Shown: positions 12,607-27,430, counted from the first letter of the whole stretch. The stretch: 63,431 bases of DNA, filler included, from Welwitschia mirabilis (GCA_051453625.1; 6 parts of one record of this genome joined end to end with filler, not necessarily neighbours in it); one strand, 5' to 3'. The notes: generated by a model not told the origin, from the letters alone. A program made the numbers and translations.

Positions 12607-15600
12607 NNNNNNNNNNNNNNNNNNNNNAGTTGAGTTCCTTAAAAACATTAGTAGTGCATGTTAAGTTTGATGTTAGCACTAGCATTTTATATAGAAAAAG
12701 CTAAAAAAAGAGTAGTATAATGTTCATAGCAGTGCAAAATAGTTATCATAAAAAGAAAACAAAATCTACTAATAGAAACTAGAACAACAATGCTTGAAAT
12801 GAATGAAAACTTAAGAAATAATAGAAAAATAGAATTGTAGAAAGTAACAAAAGTGAAAAATCTAAATCTACACATACCTAGTGCTAAGGACAAAAATATA
12901 GCAAAAATGAAATTTGTAGACAGGGAAAAAGAGAAAGAGGCTTCTTCTCTATTTATCATTTATTACTTCTTTTGATTTTTGAATTCTCTTATTACTTTGG
13001 ATTTGGTTTAAGAGAAATTGGGTAGTGAAAATGAATATAAACTACTTAGACTTGCATACAAAAGATTAATATGATACTATTATTCACATTAGAGATAAAA
13101 AGTTTAATAGAGACCTAAAAGAACTAAAAATGAGGATAAATTAGAATATCGTTAGAAAAAAACTAGTACCATACACTAGAGAGTACAGAAAATGAAATAT
13201 TTAAAAAATTTAAATGTAAGAAAATAAAAACTTATGTGCCCCACTATAGATACCATATCATTATCCTAGGAAATGGTGCAAAAAGCTATTTATAATTAAA
13301 TCTAGCTACTATTTTATCTATTATTAATGTATGATAGATAATAAGATTACCATAGGAATCAAAATCTTACATAATCAAATTCAAATTTTACCCCTAAAAT
13401 ATAGGACTTTNNNNNNNNNNNNNNNNNNNNNNNNNNNNNNNNNNNNNNNNNNNNNNNNNNNNNNNNNNNNNNNNNNNNNNNNNNNNNNNNNNNNNNNNNN
13501 NNNNNNNNNNCAAAAATGAAATTTGTAGATAGGGAAAAAGAGAACGAGGCTTCTTCTCTATTTTATCATTGATCATTTCTTTTGATTTTTGAATTCTCTT
13601 ATTACTTTGGATTTGGTTTAAGAGAAATCGGGTAGTGAAATTGGATATAAACTACTTAGACTTGCATACAAAAGATTAATATAACACTATTATTTCACAT
13701 TAGAGCTAAAAAGTTTAATAGAGACTTAAAAGAATTAAAAATGAGGATAAATTAGGATATCATTAGAAAAAGACTAGTACCATACACTAGAGAGTATAGA
13801 AAATGAAAAAATTTAAAAATCTAAATGTAAGAAAATAAAAACTTGTGTGCTCCACTATAGATACCATATCATTATCCTAAGAAATGGTGTAAAAAGCTAT
13901 TTATAATTAAATCTAGCTACCATTTTATCTATTATTGATGTATGATAAATCATAAGATTACCATAGGAATAAAAATCTTACATAATCAAATTCAAATTTT
14001 ACCACTAAAAGATAGGACTTTTGTTAATGTACAATCTCAATGTCATTCTTTTCTTAGAGATAAATTTAATAGAAAATTAGTAAAACAATACAACACTATT
14101 TTAGAAAATGATTTAATCAAAATTTAGGTTGACAACATGAAATATAAATTCAATAAATAAGATCTTAGAAATGTTACATAACACTTAAGAACCAATATGA
14201 ATGTTTTAACAAGATGAGAGATATCCATTCAATGGGATATTAATATGTTTCCTAATACGAATTAGTTATGCCAAGTTCAACAAGGCTCAAATTATGGTGA
14301 GATGATTTCATTAATTGCATGAGTGTTAGTGAGATTCTCTTATCACTTTAGTTCATCATAACATCTTCATAAACATGAAAAGTAAGAAATAAATCCTAAG
14401 AACAATCAAATAAAACCATACTATGAGACTAGAAAATAAACCAAAAAAAATCACTTAAGAAATAGTAATACTTAATAAAATCTAGATCCAACTCAAACAT
14501 TAAAAGTATGAAACGAATCACAACTTAAAATTAAGAAATGAAACCACAACTTTGATTATAAAAAACTATAATAATGTGTTCCATTAGAGAGGAAAACACT
14601 TAAGATCAACTATGAAACATCATCCTAGCCTTATGGCTAGCCCATTCTCAAAAGGAAAAACCTAGAAAGACATGATAGAAGACTTAATTACTTAAAGTAT
14701 AAATGCTATCAAATGATAAAAGGATTCATACAAAGTGATATCTTGGTTCATTTTATAGAGAAGGATAGGATTACGGTGGTTGATATTTTTTCTCACAATA
14801 ATTATAGGATGGTCAAAGTTTTTATCATCTTTTTGTAGATGATAATAACAAATGCTAATATAGAAAATACCTAGGCACATAACTAGAAATAGCTTGTTTT
14901 TTCATGATAAATTAAAGTGTTCAATTTGAAATTAATTCTTCTCATGCAAGTAGCACTGTCGTTAATTTAACACTACTAACATTTTTTATTGAACCACATC
15001 CATCTTAAGGATTATGCTCCAACATGATGCTAAGAACATGAAAATATTAAGGGAAAATACATAAAGTAAAATATAAAATCTAAAAGAATAAAATATATGT
15101 TTTCATAATTGAAATAATCAAATTAATATCTTTACTTATTTTAAATTAGCCTAGAATACTTAAAAAAAAAAAAGAAAATTTTTATGTATTAACATAAAAC
15201 ATTAAATAACATATAGTAAATATTATAAATTCCTCCAAATGTCTTCTCCATTACTTGTAATATTAAAAGCACAAATAGAGATAATACTAAAAGTGAAATT
15301 CTACCAACAAAGTTTTAGCTACATTATTACATTACTACTAATAATACCATAGTCAACAATTGTTGGCATTCAAGAAGTATGCACTAATAATAAAGAATCA
15401 CCATGAACATAAGCGTGAGAAGTAGATAAGAACATACTTTTTAGAGTAAAAAAATTATCTAAAAAGAAAGATCATTACTAAAAATTTTAACTTCATATAA
15501 ACTAATAACATTAAAGGAAGAGAAAAAACTAGTAAGAATGTTTTTGATATCAAGAGGATTAGATAATCCTCAAACATTGTAAAAAAAATGAATTCAATAG

Positions 15601-17489
15601 ATAGAAATAAAAATTCTAGAAACATTTCCCATGTGAAACTTCTTATCATCTTCACCATTATTACTTAGATCTATAATCATAGTGGTATTACCTTTTACTA
15701 TCCCTAAGTTCTTAAGAAAGAAAAGAAAATCTTTTATCTAAATGAAGCAAAAGAGAAGATTTAGAAACTAGCCTCTTTAGACATGATGAGGGTTTCCCAA
15801 AATTATGGGATTAGAAGCCTTACTTTATAGAAGATTTGGCAAAAATAGGAGCATTATTGTGTTGTTTAGTTATAGGACAGCATTTCTGCTTATCACTAGG
15901 AATATTTGTTCTAAGAATGCTAGAATCTTTATTTGCATTAATATGTGTAGTGAAATGTGAAAAATCATCTTATATAGATTTGAAAGGATTAATGAATGTA
16001 CTCTTATTAGACTTTGAAGGAGGAGTCTCCTATTATACTTGAAGCTTTAGAAAATCCTAAATAAGATATTTTAAACTACAACAATAGTTCTATACCCTTA
16101 GAAAATAGAGGTAAACTACTAGTTGTAAAATGATTTTATGACATATAATAACGATCAAAACATCTAGAAAAAACTCCATAGAAGATAAATTGATAATAAC
16201 AAATGCACATTGCTCTAGTTTAATATTAGTTTATGATTCTCACTATTTTATAAAAATGTCCTCACTTTTTTACATAAATATAGAATAAAAACTAAAGAGA
16301 GATATTGAAATTTAGGAATTTAACCCAAATTAGCACCTTTATAGATGCATGCTCATTAAATTCAAAACCTTTAACTTTTTGTTTAAGAAAAATATGAGTT
16401 AAACCTACATACTAAGGACCACATTCATAATTTTATTGGTATCAACTTTTCTTTTAAAATAAAGAATTAAAAAACCTTTAGAAAGTTTAAGATTGAAGTA
16501 ATGTGAAAACCTTTAAGCTCTTAAACCTTATCAATTGATGTCCAAAGGTCTTTTGAAAATAGTAAAAGACAAAAAAAAAAGGTATAAAGTAATTGCACAT
16601 AATTCTATAAAATATTTGTAGGCTACATTATATTTATTTATGACATTAACTTCACAAAAAATGTGAAGAGGAAGAATATGTACCATTTGTTAAATCTTAT
16701 ATCTTAAGGAGAAAGGCTCCTTAGAAGTTTTATCAAAGTAAAGTATGAAACTTGCTAGAAGTTTGAACTGTTAATGATCTTGAAAATTTTATAAAATAAG
16801 GTATTAAAAGTAATTTTTTTAATTATTTTAGCTATAATACTACACTTAAAAATATTTTTATACTTTTGAAGGTAACAATATAAAGTATTGATGACTATAA
16901 AACAATGAATTTTGCATAATTTGAGGTTAATTTTGCTAATCATGATGAGGAGTTTAGGATTTAAGGCTGTTATGTGGAATATGAAGGAGTACTTCAACCT
17001 ATTTATTGTAGAGATAACTCATAGTCCCTTTACCATTATCATATTTCATCCACTTACTTTCACTCATGCTAATACTTGATGCATGATATTAAAGCATACT
17101 AGATTCTATTAGGACATTAATAGATTCGAAATTTTCATTATAAAAGCTATAAAATTGTCATGCCTAGTTCTTTCTAAGTTAAATTTGAATTTTTCATGTA
17201 ATATCATAGTTAATGAAATTAAGTCAATTTAAATGTTTGAACTTTTAATGATTACAACGGTAACTACCTATGAAACTATAGCATCATTTCTTAGTGTCAT
17301 TTGGTGCTACAATGTTACACACCTCTTGTAAGATTGTGAAAATGAAAGAGATATGAAAAATTAGAATTTTTCATACCTACCTCATCCAAAATGAACTCTA
17401 GTTACTATCAACTATATCCGATATCTAAGCCATATCTAAGACCAAGTATGTGCTATCAGACTCATTTTATGTCATTTCTATTCTTTATT

Positions 17490-18145
17490 TTTCATTAGAA
17501 TGAATATTAACAATATTTCTCTTTCTTATTTCTTACCTTTCGAGTTTTTTTTTTCTCTTTATAAACTTTGTAAGCCTTATCTATTCTTCATTATTATTAA
17601 CTATTGCATTACACATTCAGTTTCATTGTTTTACATCCTCTTACATTCATTTTTTTATCTCCATTTCTTCTATTTCCATCCATCTAAAGAGCATTATTGG
17701 ATGGTTAAGTACATGTGATAAGGCAATGTAAGAGGAATATAAGGCATCTTATAACTGTTTGGATTGAATACAAATAAAAAGCACTATGACGGAGTTTAAA
17801 ACCACTAAGTGTCCTTTTTCACTAGAAGGAATTTTGACCACATTTTTTATTTTTCTCATTTCTTCTCTCCCAACTTAATTTTTTTCTCTTTATCAACTTT
17901 GAAAGCATTATCTATTCTTCACTCCCATTCATTATTAGATTACACATTCATTTTCATTCTTTTTCATTTGCTTACATCCATTTTTTATCTTCATTTCTTC
18001 TGTTTCCATCCATTTAGAGCGAATTGTAGAAGGGTCAAGTACATGTGATAAGGTAATGTAAGAGAAGGCATCTTATAATTATATGGGTTGAAGACTAATG
18101 AGAACAGTTATTATTGAATTTAAAACCATTAAGCATTCTTTTCCC
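17490..18145. repeat. Two diverged tandem copies of an about 325-bp unit
   Basis: Shared anchors in both units: TATCTATTCTTCA, CATTTCTTCTRTTTCCATCCAT, AAGTACATGTGATAAGGYAATGTAAGAG, AAAACCAYTAAG. No gap lies between the copies. Confidence 0.8.
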
Positions 18146-21100
18146 TTATATTTTTAATGCTTACATGATTTTTTCATTTTTGTCATGCGATCCTTTCAAT
18201 TCCATTACACATTTCTTAGAATATTTCATATTTAGTGCTAAAAGAATTATTATACATTAGTATCTATCATGACATTTTCTAATATTGCATCGTTAGTGAA
18301 TGTATGCCATATAAATCATGTTTTCTATCCATATTCTCTCTTCTTTCGTCCTTTTTTTTTCCATTTATTCTACTACCAATCTATCACACTTCTACCGTTT
18401 CTTCTTAAGCATTAAATGATAAGTTCTTCTTTTCTTCTTTTAAACAACATAATTTTCACATGTCTTCTCTTCTTATGGGAGTTAAAATCATTTATCTATT
18501 TCAATCCTAAAACAATGAATTCCATTATTTCCTATTTATCTGAATCCATAGATGAAAGAGAATAATAACACTTTCATAAGTTCTATTTATAAAAATGTCT
18601 TCTCTAATATTTTTTAAATTAAAATGATTCTTTCCATTTATGCTTTTAAAAAAAAAAATCCTTTGAAGTGTTTTCTTTTGTTTTATAATCATTTAAAAGT
18701 TTAGAATCAAAATGAGAAATTTAATTCCTAAATGTTTTATTTTTTAGCCAAATATTTTCCTAATGAATCCAATCCTTTTCTAGAGTTACATAAAATATCA
18801 TTTTATAAAATTTATCAATCATGAAATTTAAAAGATTATGAACATAAAGGAAAGATAGATAAATATCATTTACCTCCAAAGGCATTAATTTAACTTCCAG
18901 AGATATAAGATGGAACTACGTTTACTATTTTAACTTAAATTCTTTCAATAAGAACTATTTTTAAACTTGTTTTATTCTCTTCTAGTGTTTATCTACTAGT
19001 TTAGAGCCCTAAACAACACAATTGTGTAGAAATATTAATTGAATAATACAATGAGAAAGGTTTTTCCCCCACACATTCCAACACAAGATTACTTTTTTTT
19101 TTAAATTTGTTATTAAAGAAAATAAGTGACTTATATATGTAATGGCCCATTGAGTGATGCATTTATCCCATATATAGTTATGAGAGCATTTGAAGACTCA
19201 CTATTTAGAAGAGAGAACAGTTATTTCATATTTGAAAACAAAAATAAGTATGATTCATACTACAAATGAGAACTTCTTTTATAGAATTTAATGTAAATTT
19301 ATCTAAGAAGGAACAAGATGTTTATAGGATAATTTTCTACTTACCACCAATTTTTAGTTTAATAATAGTTTCCATACAAAATCAAGAAATAACCAAAATA
19401 AAAAATCAATTCTATTCTATTTTTCTATATTAACTATCTCTTATAATATGACTTTTTTAAGAATACCAATGGTCCTATGTGACATGCCAATCATCCTTTA
19501 TTATTAATTTGATTACGTAGTGTTGAAATGGCAATATTATTTCATAAGAAGAATTTGCACTGCAGAAGTTGCAGGATTTCAAAGATTTAAATTAGGAAAT
19601 ATTTCTTTCATTCAGATATAGTATCTGCGTTATTACAACTTATGACTACTAGCAACCTTTAAAATTAGAAAGGGCTAATATTCGGCAGTGATGGAGCTCC
19701 TTATTGGCAACCTTTAAAATTACCACTTTTCTGAGAATATGTTGGAATGGTTACTATGCTCATATCATTTCTCTTCCCTTTTTCATCTACCTTAGATCTG
19801 TTCTCAACCTTTCTTGTTATATAAGAGACTACTGTGATCTGTTCTATAATGCAATTGCTGTTATCTCTGCTTTAGCTCAGATTATGGTTTTGTGAAGGAG
19901 AGGGGAGGGGATACTAGNNNNNNNNNNNNNNNNNNNNNNNNNNNNNNNNNNNNNNNNNNNNNNNNNNNNNNNNNNNNNNNNNNNNNNNNNNNNNNNNNNN
20001 NNNNNNNNNNNNNNNNNTTTCATATTTGAAAACAAAAATCAGTATGATTCATACTACAAATGAGAACTTCTTTTATAGAATTTAATGTAACATTATCTAA
20101 GAAGGAACAAGATGTTTATAGGATAATTTTCTACTTACCATAAATCTTTAGTTCAATAATAGTTTCTGTACAAAAACAAGAAATAACCAAAATGAAAAAT
20201 TAATTCTCTTCTATTTTTTTATATTAACTATCGCTTGTAATATGACTTTTTTAAGAATACCAACGGTCCTATGTGACATGCCAATCATCCTTTATTATTA
20301 ATTTGATTACGTAGTGTTGAAATGNNNNNNNNNNNNNNNNNNNNNNNNNNNNNNNNNNNNNNNNNNNNNNNNNNNNNNNNNNNNNNNNNNNNNNNNNNNN
20401 NNNNNNNNNNNNNNNNNNNNNNNNTATTAATTTGATTACGTAGTGTTGAAATGCCAATATTATTTCATAAGAAGAAGTTGCACTGCAGAAGTTGCAGGAT
20501 TTCAAAGATTTGAATTAGGAAAGATTTCTTTCATTCAGATATAGTATCTGCCTTATTACAACTTATGATTATTGGCAACTTTTAAAATTACCATTTTCCT
20601 CAGAATATGTTGGAACGGTTACTATGCTCATACCATTTAAATTCCCTTTTTCCNNNNNNNNNNNNNNNNNNNNNNNNNNNNNNNNNNNNNNNNNNNNNNN
20701 NNNNNNNNNNNNNNNNNNNNNNNNNNNNNNNNNNNNNNNNNNNNNNNNNNNNNNNNNNNNNNNNNNNNNAAGGGAGGGGATACCAGAGAAAAATGGAAGG
20801 GATATCAGAGAAAATGGTCTTCTGAGATGCATTGGGTACACGTGGATTATACATTGTCACAGGTATTCCCAATTTTTCTTTTAGACCATCCACTTTTTCT
20901 TCTGATTGCCTGGTCTACAAGAAATCTGAGGAAAGAAGTAGCACTGCTGGCGTTGCTGCGCTGCCTAGATGGGACCGTGTTTCGCCAGCGCCACAGTAGT
21001 ATGTTTGCTTTGGTAGTAATTTTATGAAAATGAGGCAACTAAATGGCTTTGTTTTGTTTCATAAAGCGTTTGAAATTATTTAGTTAATTTTCTAGGGTGC

Positions 21101-21537
21101 CATTTCTTTTGTAAATAATTCTATTTATTTATGGTGAATTTAAATTGTCTGATTTAGTTTATTTAATTTTAGAGATGATTAGATTGGATAAGGATTTACA
21201 ATTCTTATAGGGTTTAAGTTAGACTTGTTTTTAGTTCTTTTTTAACTTTCAGATCTTTAATAAAAGATTTAATGAGAATAAATATAAAAGAAACCTTTCA
21301 ACTAATTGAGAACTGAAAAAACATGAAAACCTTTGATCTCTTAGGACCTATCAATCCATGTCTGAAAGTTTTTTGGAAATGGTGAAGGACCAAAAAATAA
21401 TTCAATAACTTGCATGGTTACAAAATATTGCCAAAATACTTCATTTGTATTTGTTACATTATCTTTGCACATAATATACGAAAAGAAGACATTTGTGTTA
21501 TCAGCATTAATGTTCAAAAAACCTTTGAAATGTTTTT

Positions 21538-22025
21538 GATGAGTCTCATGTATGAAGGACAAAAAAGCCCAAAAAAGCCTCATAAACTATAGCATAGAAT
21601 ATGCTAGAGTTATTTAACCTACACAAAAAAACATGCAAGATAATGTAATTAGTTTTAACTTAGAAAAGTGAACTCAAATCTTGTAAGTTAGATGAATCTC
21701 ACATCTCGAGGGGAAAGAAGCCGTAAGAAACCTCTTAAACTATAGAGTAGATCATGCTAGTGTCATTTAATGTTCATGCAAAAATATGCACAGACATGTA
21801 AGAACATGCAAAAAGATTTTAATCTAGAATAGCAAAGTTGTAGAGCAAAGATACATCTTATACAGTTGATGAGTCTTGCATCTCAAGGGAAAAGAAGCCC
21901 TAAGAAACCTCTCAAACTATAATGTAGAACATGCTAGAGTTGTCTAATCCTCGTTCAAAGACATGCATAGACGTGCAAGACTATGCAAATAGCTTTTAAT
22001 CTAGAAAAGCGAAGTTGCATAGCAT
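21538..22025. repeat. Three diverged tandem units of about 150-180 bp
   Basis: GATGARTCT...AAGCC...AAACTATA..TAGA..ATGCTAG..ACATGCA..TAGAAWAG recurs at about 21538, 21691 and 21868. Confidence 0.75.
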
Positions 22026-23023
22026 GTAATATTTTTTCATTAAGAAAAAGTTCTTGTGAACACCTTTTTTAGAAAAAAAATTAAAAATTTCATCAATTTG
22101 TAAAAAAATAATAAATAATTCTGAGGTTTCTAAGTTTTAAAATTTATCTAGTTCCCATGACAAAACATTGTGACCTGTACATTCCTAGCAAACATGTCTC
22201 CAGAATTCTTTCGTGACCCATATATCAGTATTTTCATTTTTATTTTAGTTGCATTTGAATTTTGGAGATTAACTAAGGGTTTTTTTTTCTTCCAGCAGAG
22301 ATTATTGCACATAAGATTGGATTTGGAACAGAAGACATGCACATATAACAATACAACATATGAACCATTAAAAATTTATTTCAAATAAATGTCTTTCAAA
22401 TATCAACCTCATCTTCAACATCTCAAGGAATCATCACAAGAACAAAAGCAATGGAAATCACTGGAGAAACGATTAAACAAACATCACAGTGATATTTACA
22501 ATGACAACAGTAGTCAATTGAGAAAGCATTGCAGGAAAAGTANNNNNNNNNNNNNNNNNNNNNNNNNNNNNNNNNNNNNNNNNNNNNNNNNNNNNNNNNN
22601 NNNNNNNNNNNNNNNNNNNNNNNNNNNNNNNNNNNNNNNNNNNNNNNNNNNNNNNNNNNNNNNNNNNNNNNNNNNNNNNNNNNNNNNNNNNNNNNNNNNN
22701 NNNNNNNNNNNNNNNNNNNNNNNNNNNNNNNNNNNNNNNNNNNNNNNNNNNNNNNNNNNNNNNNNNNNNNNAAAAAGTTCTTGGGAACAACGTTTTTACA
22801 AAAAAATTTAAAAATTTTATAAATTTCTAAAAAATATAAATAATTCTGAGGTTTCTAAGTTTTAAAATTTATCTAGTTCCCATGAGAAAACATTGTGACC
22901 TGTACATTCCTAGCAAACAAGTCTCCAGAATTCTTTTATGACCCATATATCAGTATTTTTATTTTTATTTTAGTTGCATTTGAATTTTGGAGCTCAACTA
23001 AGGGTTTTTTTCTTCCATTAGAG

Positions 23024-23123
23024 NNNNNNNNNNNNNNNNNNNNNNNNNNNNNNNNNNNNNNNNNNNNTTAATTAATTAANNNNNNNNNNNNNNNNNNNNN
23101 NNNNNNNNNNNNNNNNNNNNNNN
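23024..23123. other. Artificial scaffold linker N44-TTAATTAATTAA-N44
   Basis: Exactly 44 N + a 12-mer giving stops in all six frames + 44 N. Identical constructs at 48307-48406, 54767-54866, 56074-56173 and 59921-60020. Confidence 0.97.
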
Positions 23124-23489
23124 ATCAATAAGAATAACATTGAATAATTTTAGAAAAGGCATACTTTATTATTGATAGTATCATATTACATTTCTTATCA
23201 TTAGCTAATATCCTTAGACTAGTGGTCAAAGATAAAGAAGTAAACTATGATCTAAGTCCCCCTCTTGGGATCCTTAGGGACTAGTCAATGTTGTTATTGG
23301 TTATATCCACCTAGGCTATCCACCCCCACCTAATTTCATGAGCTTAAATAGCATGAAAGGACATGGTTTTACATATTTGGATCACATCCATTTATAACAA
23401 CTTATTCATCACATCCATTTAGCATCTTAACATACTTCTTTACAAATAGTAAATTTATAATTTTACACTCCACGTTTCCTAATAGCTTA

Positions 23490-26400
23490 GGAAGAAAAAT
23501 ATTATGAAAAAATAATTAGAGGATTTAGAAATCTTTAAAGAATTGAAGATAAATGTCCCTATTTTAGAAACCATTAAGCAAGCCCCTTTCTACACTAATT
23601 TTTTTGAGGACATGTGTATAATAAAGACAAACATAAAGATAAAGAGTAAAACCTTTTTAGTGCATCAAACAAGTGCAATTATCCAAAACCAATGTTAACC
23701 CAAATACAAAAACCCTAAATTTCATATAGTTGCAATTAGCATAGGAAATAAGTAACTTAACCAAGCCTTATTAGACTTAGGAGCTAGTGTAAACTTTCTT
23801 TCTTATAGAACATATAAAGAATTAGGCTAATAAGGGCTTCAAAATATAATATTCTAACTCTAATTCACTAACAATGTGATAAAGATCTAAATATGACTTA
23901 TTGAGAATATTATTATTAGGATCGATATTCATTTATTCCTAGTGGATTTTGTAGGTTTAGATCTATAAAACATAATAAAATAGTTCATACCTATTATCTT
24001 AGAAAAACATTTTCTAATAACCTTGAATACTTTGATTAGTTATATGAATAATATGATTAAAATGATCTTTCATAATATGATGACAAAATTAAATGTTTTG
24101 AATTCCATGAGAATACGTTCTAATGATGATGGAGTAGAACATGTGNNNNNNNNNNNNNNNNNNNNNNNNNNNNNNNNNNNNNNNNNNNNNNNNNNNNNNN
24201 NNNNNNNNNNNNNNNNNNNNNNNNNNNNNNNNNNNNNNNNNNNNNATTAAGGATATTATTATTAGGATAGATAGTCATTTCTTCCTAGTGGAATTTGTAA
24301 GTTTAGATCTAGAAAACATAACAAACTAGTTCATACCTATTATCTTAGAAAAACCTTTTCTAAAAACCTTGAATACTTTGATTAGTTATATGAAAAATAT
24401 GATAAAAATATCCTTTAGTAATACGACAACAAAATTAAATGTTTTGAATTTCATGAGAATACCTTCTAATGTTGATGGAGTACANNNNNNNNNNNNNNNN
24501 NNNNNNNNNNNNNNNNNNNNNNNNNNNNNNNNNNNNNNNNNNNNNNNNNNNNNNNNNNNATTTTATCCAAAGCAATAATCATACACTCAAGATGAAATCC
24601 CCATTGGACTTAAGCCTCTTTTAAAAAACCTGAAATATGCTTTCTTAAAAGAAAGTTATACCTTCTTGGTGGTGATCAATTCTCCTTATTCTCATTACAA
24701 GAAACTTAGTTGCTAAATCTTTTAATAAAACATAAGCAAGTAATAGGATGAACTCTTTTTGACATTAAAGGCATTAACATAGTATTTGTGTGCATTACAT
24801 TTACTTAGAAGAAAATGCTAATCCATCCATAAAAGTTTAAAGAAGAATAAATTCAACTCTAAAATAGGTAGTAAAGAACAAGGTAATGAAATATTAGATA
24901 ATGGAATTCTCTACCTAATCTCGGATAGTAAATGGATAAGTCTAACTCAAACTATAGAAAACAAATCTAGAATTATCCTAGTTTGAAATAAACCCAACAA
25001 ATGTATCCCCATTAGCCCTATAGTAAAATGAAAAATGTACATAGATTATAGAAGATTAAATGTTGTCTAAAGAAAGGATCATTTTCAACTTCTCCTTTCT
25101 GACGAGATATTAAAACAAGTAGAGGACATTCTTTTTACTACTTTCTAGATGGTATTTAAGGGATAACCAAATAGAAATTTTCTTTGAGAATCAATACAAA
25201 ACCACCTCCATGTGTCTTTATAGAATCTTTGCTTATATAAGAATTTCTTTTGAGTTGCATAATGTGCCCATTATATTTTAATGTTACATAATTAAAATAT
25301 TATTTGATTTATTAGATTCATGTCTTGAAATAATTATGGATGATTTATTTATCTATGGGGCCTCTTTCAACCATTATTTTTACAAATTAGAGCTTGTTCT
25401 TATGTAGTGTATATAAAAACACCTTGTTCTTAATTTAAAAAAATGTCAATTTATGGTTAATAATGGCATGGTACTAGGACATATCATCTCTTTAGAAGGA
25501 ATTCAAATAGACACTATAAAAGTCTCTCTAATTATACATTTACCTACTCTGTAAAAGCATAAAAATATTAGATCCTTTTTAGGACATGTAGGATATTATA
25601 AGATTTCATTAAATACTTTAGTAAAATCTATAATTCATTGTGTCATCTTTTAAGCAATAAAATCTCTTTCCATTAGATCCCCTAGTGTTAATAAGATTTT
25701 GATGAACTTAAGGAAAAACTTACCTTCACTTCCATCATGCAATTACATAGTTGGATGTTATCTTTTGAACTTATGTGTAATATTAGTGATTATGTAGTTA
25801 TAGAGTTATTTTAGAATAGAAAATATAGAATACCAACTATAATATATTATGCTAGTCAAACCCTACATGCCACTCAAGTAAACTACCTTATCACATAGAA
25901 ATAGATCCTTACCTTAGTATTTACCTTAAAGAAATTTAGGTAATATTTGTTAGGTTGTAAGGTGATTATTTATATAGATTACTTATCCCTTAGATACCTA
26001 TTAACAAAAATGGATTTAAAACCTATATTAATCAAATGGATCTTACTCTTATAGAAGTTCTATTTAGAAATTAAGTATAAGAAGGGATTTTATAACATAA
26101 TCACAGACCATCTTTTATGAATAACTCATAAAAACCTACAAACAGCCCTTTCCATCAATGACACATTCCCTAATGGATACCTCTTCTCAGTTTCAGAAAT
26201 ACCTTGGTTTATTAATATTGCAAACTACTTACTTTCTAGGGTCATATTTTCTCACTAAACCTTTAATGATAGAAAGAAATCTTAATCTATGCTTAATACT
26301 TCTTTTGAGATAGTCCATATCTATTTAAGTATTACCCCAATCAAGTCATCTATAAATGAACCTCTCAATATAAAATAAATAACATTATTAAGCATTGCCA

Positions 26401-27430
26401 TTCTAGGGTTTGTAGTGGCTATTATTCTACTAATAAACCATCATAAAAATCCTCTAATATATATTTTAATAGCCATTCATTTTTAAGTACTTCTACCTCT
26501 ATTTCAAGTCTTATAATAATTGTCAAAAACTTAGTAGTATTTTGTGAAAGCATATGATGTCCTTAAGCCTTATTCACATCATAGAACCCTTTGATATTTG
26601 GGATATTAATCTTCAAGGCTTATGTTCTTACTCAAATGATATCATTTTATTCTCATTTACATCAATTATATTACTAAATGGGTAGAATCATGCATGTGTA
26701 AATAAAATGATGCTTAAACAATGATGAAATTATTTAAGAAAAACATATTAATTCAATTCGGTTATCTACAAGTTTTAATTAGCAATACTAGAATGCATTT
26801 TTGCAAGAAAATATTTAACAATTTTTTTCCAAGTAAGGGGTTACTCATAAAGTTGCAACACCTTATCATCCCTAACCTAATAGTTATGGTAAGGTTATAA
26901 ATAGAGAAATTAAGTACATTTTATAAAAGAATGTAAATTCATCTAGAAAATATTAGTCTTTTAATCTTAAAGATGTTTTATGGACATATCATATAGCTTA
27001 AAAAACATCTTTAGGAAATTTTCCANNNNNNNNNNNNNNNNNNNNNNNNNNNNNNNNNNNTACTCATAGAACTTGAAAATAAATCATATTGGACTATTAA
27101 GAACATGAGCTTAGATCTAGAGGTAGTAAGGAAGAAAAGGACCATACCACTTAATGAATTAGATGAAATTATGAATGAAACCTATGAAAACAAGATGATC
27201 AACAAAGAAAGAATTAAAAAAGTGCATGATCGAAACATCCTTAGGATAACATGTTAAAAAGAAGAACTAGATTTGTAATATAACTTGTAATTACATTTAT
27301 TCCCAAGAAAACTAGTCTCTAAGTGGAAAGATCCATTTTTAATAAAAAAGGTTTTATTGAATGATATATTTTTCATCAAAAAAAATTATCAATAATTCAA
27401 AGTCAATGGACATTAACTTAAACATCACCA
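23490..27430 (+). pseudogene. Degraded Athila-like Gypsy gag-end/pol (PR-RT-RH-INT)
   Basis: Protease ALLDLGASVN (about 23764); RT YIDYRRLN..KDHF, FLDG and IMDD (about 25035-25345); RNase H FELMC and IYYASQTL; integrase IEPFDIW, VATPYHP, NREIKYIL, FKVNGH*LKH. Gypsy domain order, many stops and frameshifts. Confidence 0.93.

Larger units (their letters stand above)
103..15120 (-). mobile_element. Old, heavily decayed Athila-like Ty3/Gypsy element (gag-protease), interrupted by the 1635-10384 insertion
   Basis: Protease is split in two: ALLD..SVNILP..YKEHGL..LQLA..IVEDIIV*ISN (about 10390-10550) continues as NFYVNGIVL..IIERPFLKTTNSLICCRNGLMKI (1496-1634). Gag-like remnants lie at about 10.6-12.2 kb. 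A decayed PBS is at about 13263-13282 (duplicate about 13873-13892). The putative 5' LTR is about 13898-15120, ending AATAATCA. Outer boundaries are approximate. Confidence 0.65.

Noticed and set aside
18500..18960. Possible Copia integrase remnant on the minus strand (..NAFGGK*YL.., KKIKHL)
   Set aside because: Similarity too faint to support without a profile search.
19327..21120. Pack-MULE with TIRs around the 20.8 kb GC island
   Set aside because: The two candidate ends are not reverse complements of each other and no TSD was found.
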